DNA from: the human T2T-CHM13v2.0 reference genome, Homo sapiens
Length of the DNA: 64,000 nucleotides
Assembly (NCBI RefSeq): GCF_009914755.1
Contig: NC_060931.1
Strand: one strand, 5' to 3'
Under the pieces are notes generated by a model. The model was not told the DNA's origin. It ran no database searches and was given only the letters and a program-made list of their open reading frames with translations. Each line of letters begins with the position of its first letter. The stretch's first letter is position 1. This document shows, in pieces, positions 56,334 to 64,000 of the stretch. A program made the position numbers and the translations under genes.

Positions 56334-58646
56334 CAGTCATACTTTGGAAATATTGCAAGTTTGGTTCCAGACCACTGCAATAAAGAGAATATCGCAATAA
56401 AGTGAGTCACATAAATTTTTTGTGTTCCAGTGAATATAAAAGTTATATTTACATTACATTGTAGCGTATTAAGTGTGCAATACCATTGTATCTAAAAATG
56501 TGCATACCTCAATTTAAAATACTTTGTTGCTAAAAAATATTAACAATCATCTCAGCCTTGAGCAAGTCCTAATCTTTTTGCTGGTAGAGGGTCTTGCCTC
56601 CATGTCAATGGCTGCTGACTGATCAGCATTATGGTTGCTGAAGGTTGGGGTGGCTATGGTAATTTCTTAAAATAGGACAGCAATGAAGTTTGCTGCATCA
56701 ATTGACCCTTTCACAAAAGACTTTTGTGTAGCATGAGATGCTGTTTGATAGCAATAGAACGTCTTTCAAAACTGGAGTCAATTCTCTCAAACCCTGCTGC
56801 TGCTTTTATCAACTAAGTTTACGTAATGTTCTAAATCCTTTGTTGTCATTTCAACAATGTTGACAGCATTATCGCCAGGGGTAAGTTCTAACTAAAGAAA
56901 CTACTTTCTTTGCTTATCGAACTCCTCATCCATTGATCATGAGATTGTGGCAACTCGGTCAATCTTTAGCCTCCAGTTCTAATTCTAATTCTCTCACTAC
57001 TTTCGCCATATTTGCAGTTAATTCCTCCACTGGAACCCTGCCAAGTCATCCATGAGGGTTGAAATCAACTTCCAAATTTCTGTTAAAGTTGATACTTTGA
57101 CCCATGAATCACAGATGTTCTAGTTGGCATCTAGAGTAGTGAATCCTTTCCAGAAGGTTTTTATTCACTTTGCCCAAATCCATCAGAGGGATCACTGTAG
57201 CAACTATAGGCTTACAAAATGTATTTCTTAAACAATAAGACTTGAAAGTTGAAATTACTTATTTATCTATGGGCTGCAGAATAAATGTTATGTTAGCAGG
57301 CAGGAAAATAACATTAATCCCCTTGTACATCTCCAGTAGGGTTCTTAAGGGGCCAGGTACATTGTCAATGAGCAGTAATATTTTGAAAGGAATCTTTTTT
57401 TCAGAGCAGTAGGTCTCAAAAGTGGGCTTAAAATATTCAATAAATCATGCTGCAAACAGATGTGCTGTCATCTAAGCTTTGCCGTTCCATTTATAGAACA
57501 CAGGGAAAGTAGACTTAGCATAATTCTGAAGGACCCTAGGATTTTTATAATGGTAAATGAGCATTGGCTTCTACTTAAAATTACCAGCTGCATTAGCCTA
57601 TAACAAGAGTCAGCTTGTCCTTTGGAGCTGGCATTAACTTTTCCTCTGTAGTGATGAAAGTCTTGGATGGCATCTTCTTCCCATACAATGCTGTTTTGTC
57701 TACACTGAAAAGCTATTGTTTAGTGAAGCCACCTGCATCAATTATCATAGATAGATCTTTTGGGTAACTTGCTGTAGCTTCTACATCAGGACTTTACCTT
57801 GCACTTTTATGTTATGAAGATGACTTCTTTCCTCAACCTCATGAACCAACCTCTGCTAGCTTCAAACTTTTCTTCTGCAGCTTTCTCACTTCTCTCAGCC
57901 TTCATAGAATTGAAGAGAGTTAGGCCCTTACTCTGGATTAGCCTTTAGCTTAATTAAATGCTGTGGCTGATTTAGTCTTCCAGCTATACCAATCAAACTT
58001 TTTCTATATCAGCAATAATGCTGTTTAACTTTATTATTCATGTGTTCATTTGAGTAGCACTTTTAATATTTTTAAAAATGTTTCCTTTGCATTCACAACT
58101 TGGCCAGCTGTGGTTCAAGAGTCCTAGCTTTCAGCTTATCTTGGTTTTTGTTGTGCCTTCCTCACTCAGCTTAATCATTTCTAGCTTTTGATTTAAAGAG
58201 AGAAACATGCAAACTCTCCCTTTCACTTGAATACTTAGAGGCCATTTTGACTTCATTTCAATATTGTTGTGTCTCAGGGAATAGGGAGGCCCAAGGAGAT
58301 GGGGAGAGATGGAACAACTGGTCAGTAGAGCAGTCAGAACACACACAACAGTTACTGATTAACTTTGCTGTCCTATATGGGCATGGTTCATGGAGCCCCA
58401 AAACAATTACAACAGTGACATCCGATATCACTGATCAGAGATCACCAAAACAGATATAATAATAATGAAAGAATTAGAAATATTGTGAGAATTACCAAAA
58501 TGTGACACAGTGAACACATGCTGTTGGGAAAAAATGTTGCCAATGGACTTGGCTCAATGCAGGGTTCCAGAAACCTTCAATTTGTAAAGTCACACAAAAT
58601 CTGCAAAGTGCAATAAAGCAAAGTGCAATAAAATAAGGTATGCCTG
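56334..58646 (-). mobile_element. Tigger1 DNA transposon, near full length, decayed transposase
   Basis: TIR-like ends cagtcatac / gtatgcctg, each flanked by TA; remnant SLNQKLEMIKLSEEG matches the Tigger1 transposase N-terminus; 2313 bp. Confidence 0.93.
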
Positions 58647-59022
58647 TAATATAGTGTTTATTGAGTGTCATGTGCCAGGCTTTCTGCTACATCTTTTATT
58701 GGCATTATCTGTGATCTTGCAACCATTCTGAATATAGGTATTATTGTCCCCATGTTACAAATGGGAAAAATAAAACACTGGAGTATTTGCCCATGATTAC
58801 AGAGCTAATAAAGGGAACCAGAAGTTTGCAGGAAGGATTGGTGGAGCAAGATATTTAAAGGATCTACAATTTGCCCAATGTAATCTCTGTGAAATTATCA
58901 ACACATTATAGAATTTCTTCCTCTCTCGATATTTTCCATTTTTGCTGAAATGACATTTACCTATATTCATCTTATTTTTCATAAGAACCATAAATGCATT
59001 TTTGAATAATGAAGATCATTTA

Positions 59023-59363
<341 letters not shown>

Positions 59364-60261
59364 TTAGGATTAAAAAACACCACAAAACTAAATTAAGTTT
59401 ATAAATAGTATGTGTCTGACCCAACAATAAATAAATACTAGCCTTTGACTCAATACTTGAGAAATGTGTGTGGCTCCCTGACATGTGTCACTGAGTCTGA
59501 GTCTGTAGGCTGGGTGAGCAAATATTTAAGCATGAGTAAGAGCAATGATGGCCCCTTTGGCAGTCCTCAATGCACTAGCATGCACTAAAACCAAAACACA
59601 CAAGGAGATTCAGCACTGTTAAGAAGAGAAATCCAAGTTGACTTGGCATGAAGCAGGAGGCTGATTGAGAGCTTTGAAACCTCTTTAAACTTGGACATTT
59701 CAAGAATCCTGGAAGAGCGCTATTGTGAAAAAAACTAGGAGACCTGCCAGGTAAGCCCAACTTGGGGTATACAATCAAATTCTTTTCTTTATGAGCCTCA
59801 AACTAAAGTTATAAACACCAACTATTTTAAAGAGGAATGCCACATTCCTGGTAGAGGGAAAGATTTTCCCATAAAAAAATAAGAAAAGAGAACTACTATA
59901 CCCAGGAGCTTTATGTATTTTATTTATTCCATATAATAACTTCCTGGAGTTGGAATTATTTCTCACTTACAAATGAGGAAACTATGGCCCAGAGAGTTGA
60001 CTTAATTTATCCACAATCACACAACTTGTGATGGGGCTGGGATTTGAACCGTAACTTTTTGACTTCAGATACCTCTTTCTCTGGTAGTCAGCTGTTTACT
60101 GTGGTTAAAGGAAGATTTGTAAATTTATCATTTAATCGAGAAAACTACAGTGTCACAGGATCCTGAGGGTGAAAGACATGTGATTTCAGCACCATGTCTT
60201 ATTTATCCTTATAGCCCTTACAGTGCCCTATATATCATAGATATGCAATGTGTTTGTAGAA

Positions 60262-60354
60262 TGATGAATGGATGACTGTGTGGATGAATGGATGGATGCA
60301 TGGACGGATGGTTGGATGGATGGATGCATGAGTGGGTGGGTGGATGGATGGATA
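60262..60354. repeat. Degenerate (GGAT)n repeat at an L2 3' tail
   Basis: tggatggatgcatggacggatggttggatggatgg... Confidence 0.9.
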
Positions 60355-61959
60355 AATTCCATTATCCCTGGGCTGTTCAAATTCACTGTCTTTTCCATAC
60401 TGAGGGCCTATTTTCCAGAAGACAGCAGGTAGTATATAATATTGTGATATTGTACTTCCTTCCTCTAGGCAAACTCAGGCAGGAAAAGGAGTTTTTAACA
60501 ATTTGTCACTAATTTTTTTAGCCACTTTTCTGGGAAGTTAAATGCATATTTAGGTTATTGCTGTTGTTTTATTCACATGAGGATAAGGAGCATCTCACCA
60601 CCTTCATTTAACGAGGTAAACATGCCTCATTTGCAGCTGCTTCAGTTCAATGAACGCAGGGGGTACTGTACCTCTTTATATAAATTGTTCCATCTCCCTT
60701 CAGGTCTCACCCTTTTTGCAAAGTCCCATATCTTGCATTATTCCTGGGAAGCTAGTTCCATTTTCCCTTTAACTCAGTCTCACAGATTTAATTTTTGCCA
60801 AAGCCAACCCCAAGCTGCTGCCCAACCAATTCTCAAGGTATCTAAAGCGGACTTCTTATAAGTGTCACCACTGAGGCCAAAGGACTCTCCAGTGGGATTC
60901 AGCCAGTATTTTTTTTCCTAGACATTGGCATTACTCAGAGCAGGTAGGAGCATTAGGGAAAAGGAACAGGAACTGGGGATGTCATCTTCATGTTGGCCTC
61001 TGCTCCCTTGTGGTAAGCAGGGCGGGTGTTCTTGGGAACAGGGCTGGTATCTTTGCCAGCGGTCTCTGTCTGACCTCCACATCTTTCTTCTTTCTCCCAG
61101 AAGACTTCGTTTCCTCATTGGGTATTTGTGTCTTGTCTCTGTTAACTTTAGAGAGAGATGAGGAGAGTCTTGGCTAACAGAGTCTTATTTTACATTCTTT
61201 TCTAGGAATGAGTGTTTGGTTTCTGCTCTGGAGGTGCTTGAGAAGGGCAATAGATCTTATCTCCAAGTCTTATTTTCTAAAGAGGTTCCAAGCCATCGAT
61301 ACGCATGATGTGAGTAGCAATCTTTCTCAGATACTAAGTGGAAACTGATATTCACAAGCAATGTTCTAAGTTTGCCAAATGGCAAAACCTGTGGGACAAG
61401 GGGCATGAGAACTAACCACACCTCTCTTAACAGCTTCAGCATCCCAGCAGCCATTTCCTGCTGACCGCTGAGCAGGAAGAGCACATGACCCTGGCTGGAG
61501 CCGCCAAGAGGGTGGAGATGATCAGAAATCCTTTCACTGTCAAATTCAGAGAAGAAACATGCTGAGAAGAGGCACTTCCTATGCCAGGCCTACCTGTGCC
61601 GTGAGGAATACATGTAGGAGACACTATTTGAAAAGGTAAATCATTTATCAAATTCTAGGGGGAAAGTATTAGAGTACAGTGGCTTGTGGAAAACTGAGAG
61701 GGAAATTCACCTCAGAAAATGGGAGGTTTATTTAACGCAGAAAATAACAATAGTATTATTTTTAGAGTGTGTGTGTGTGTGTCTATACCTTCATTAATAC
61801 TAAGTACTCTTCAGAACACCAAATATGATCTTCCCAACCTCAAATTCAGAAGGGAGCCATCTCCCAGTTTATTCCAAACAGCCCCTATTATCAGATATAT
61901 ATTTTTTCTAGGTCGCCACCTTGCTGGAACAACCAATGCAGAGATAATGCTGGGCCCTC

Positions 61960-62427
61960 TAATCAGTTGAACAGTGGCTTCAAAAAGATAGGTCAAAGTT
62001 ATAATCTCCTGCAGCTGTGCATGTGACTTTCTTTGGAAATAGGATCTTGCAGGTATGATGAAGGTAAGGATTTTAAGATGAGATCATCATAAATTTAGAG
62101 TGGGTCCTACACCTGATGACTCGTGTGCTTCTAAGGGAAGCAAAAGGGAGTTATAACACAGGGACACCTGGAAGGCCATGTGAAGGCAAAGGCTAACATT
62201 GGATTTATGTTGCCACAAGCCAAGGAATGACAGGGGTGCTGGCAACTGCAAGAACTGAGAAGACAGGCATGGAACGAATTCTTCCTCAGAACCTCCAGAA
62301 GGAACTCACCCTGCTGACACTTTGATTTCAGACTCTGGCCTCCAGAACTGTGAAAGAACAAGTGTCTCTTGTTTTAAGCCACCCAGTTTGTGGTAATTTG
62401 TCACAACAATCCAAGGAAACTAATAGA
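61960..62427 (+). mobile_element. MLT1C-like LTR
   Basis: tttggaaatagg...gccacaagccaaggaatg...ttttaagccacccagtttgtggtaatttgt...ggaaactaata. Confidence 0.85.
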
Positions 62428-62537
62428 AACCCCACACATTGGGTATGAGCATAGAAGTAAATTGGAAATGACTTACATTGCCTTGACATACTGGAAGAAC
62501 CTGTTTTTCCAGATCTACGTGACAATTGAAACAATAA

Positions 62538-62841
<304 letters not shown>

Positions 62842-63594
62842 TCAGAAGGAATAATTTCTATATTAGACAGAGGACACATGTTTAAATTCTAGCAATCTTG
62901 CCTGAAATCTCTGCAAAATTAAAGTGAGGGGCAAGAGGGAAGGCCTAAACTCATACCCTTGGTGAATTCAGGATGCACCAGGGTTTTATTTGCAGGAAGG
63001 CCCTGAGAAGCCTCATGTGGACAGTGGTTAGATCCTGTGGAAGTCTCCAGGGCTAAGGCTCTAAGTGAGTAGAGACCAGGGACTGCTCCTTCATCTCCAC
63101 GACAATATACAGATGGAGAAGTGACTGGCACCAGGGAAGAAGGAGGGAGTAAAGGGAACCAGGTTTAGACTGAAAATGGGGACAGTATTAAGGTGCAGCC
63201 CAATTTTGCATCTTTCACCCTATTTTATGGCCCTCCTTCTTGCATTGGGTAATTAGAGAGGGTGTGATGATGGACTGAAACACAAGTCAAATGATTGATT
63301 CAGCCGCCAGTGGAGAAGAGGCTGTGAATGCAAGGTTCTGTTGCAGACTGATGAACAGGTAGAAGGGTTGTTGCCCTACTTGGGCAGGATGGCTGTTGGA
63401 GCAGAGCAAGATGTAGCCACAATTCTGGGTAGGAGCAGCCATTTGTGACCTTGGCTCAGCAGTAAAGCAGCATCCACATCTAGGAGGGGTACAAAAATAT
63501 TGACTAGAAGAAAACAAGGGTAATTGCAGCATCTTAAGCCTCATTAGAAAAACCCCATGGACCATTTAACCATGTAGAATGATTTGAGGGCCTC

Positions 63595-64000
63595 CTTTGT
63601 ATCTGTCATTTGTTGGCCAGATTTTGTTCATTCTGCCATCTCAATATCTTTTAAATCTATCTTTTCCAATCTTGCACTTCAGTTTGTCTTTCTCTTGCAT
63701 ACTCCTTACTCATCTCCTTGCTTTTTGTCCCATTCCTCCTAGGCCTATCTTCCCCAGGCCTGCCAAAGGGATCCTGCAAAAAAGCAAATCTGATCATATC
63801 CCAGCTCTCAGACCTCTCCACTCGATGTCCATCAGCTCCAGGAGGTGCCTTCCAAGGCCTGAAGGTTGACAGATCCCCCAGGATCCCCAGGGCCAGCCTA
63901 CTCTGCAGCCTCACCTCCCATGCTCCCCTTATGCCAATTCTCAGCAGGTTTCTCCCCTGCTTCATCCCCTAAATGTTACCCTCCAGTGATATTATTGATC
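63595..64000 (+). mobile_element. L2 fragment
   Basis: tgccaaagggatcctgcaaaaaagcaaatctgatcatatc. Confidence 0.6.

Noticed and set aside
58131-58346. Transposase-like ORF
   Set aside because: Short fragment of a decayed Tigger1, not an intact TIGD gene

Overview
Primate, most likely human or ape, genomic DNA dominated by interspersed repeats. These include about 20 Alu/FLAM copies (J and S types, no clear AluY), many MIR and L2 relics, old L1M fragments and one 5'-inverted L1PA15/16-type insertion. There are MaLR/ERVL LTRs (MLT1, MLT2B, MST, THE1, LTR33) and three solo ERV1-class LTRs (HERV-H LTR7C-type, HERV-I LTR10-type, MER4A1). DNA transposons include hAT MITEs, a MADE2 and a near-full-length Tigger1. 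I recognise no protein-coding gene, tRNA, rRNA or snRNA; the ORF track is repeat-derived or chance-length. Most notable: (i) a 2.6 kb block with a solo LTR7C lacking its poly(A) signal, a unique segment with two ATF4-C/EBP (CARE) sites plus C/EBP and D-box sites, and a solo LTR10 with one AP-1 unit; (ii) a recent 103-bp tandem duplication that doubles a CREB3/XBP1/ATF6-type site; (iii) a perfect DR1 at an LTR deletion junction; (iv) clusters of strong splice signals suggesting spliced non-coding transcripts. Subfamily names come from recall of consensus sequences, and old-repeat boundaries are approximate. I cannot identify the locus and cannot demonstrate a new biological system from sequence alone.
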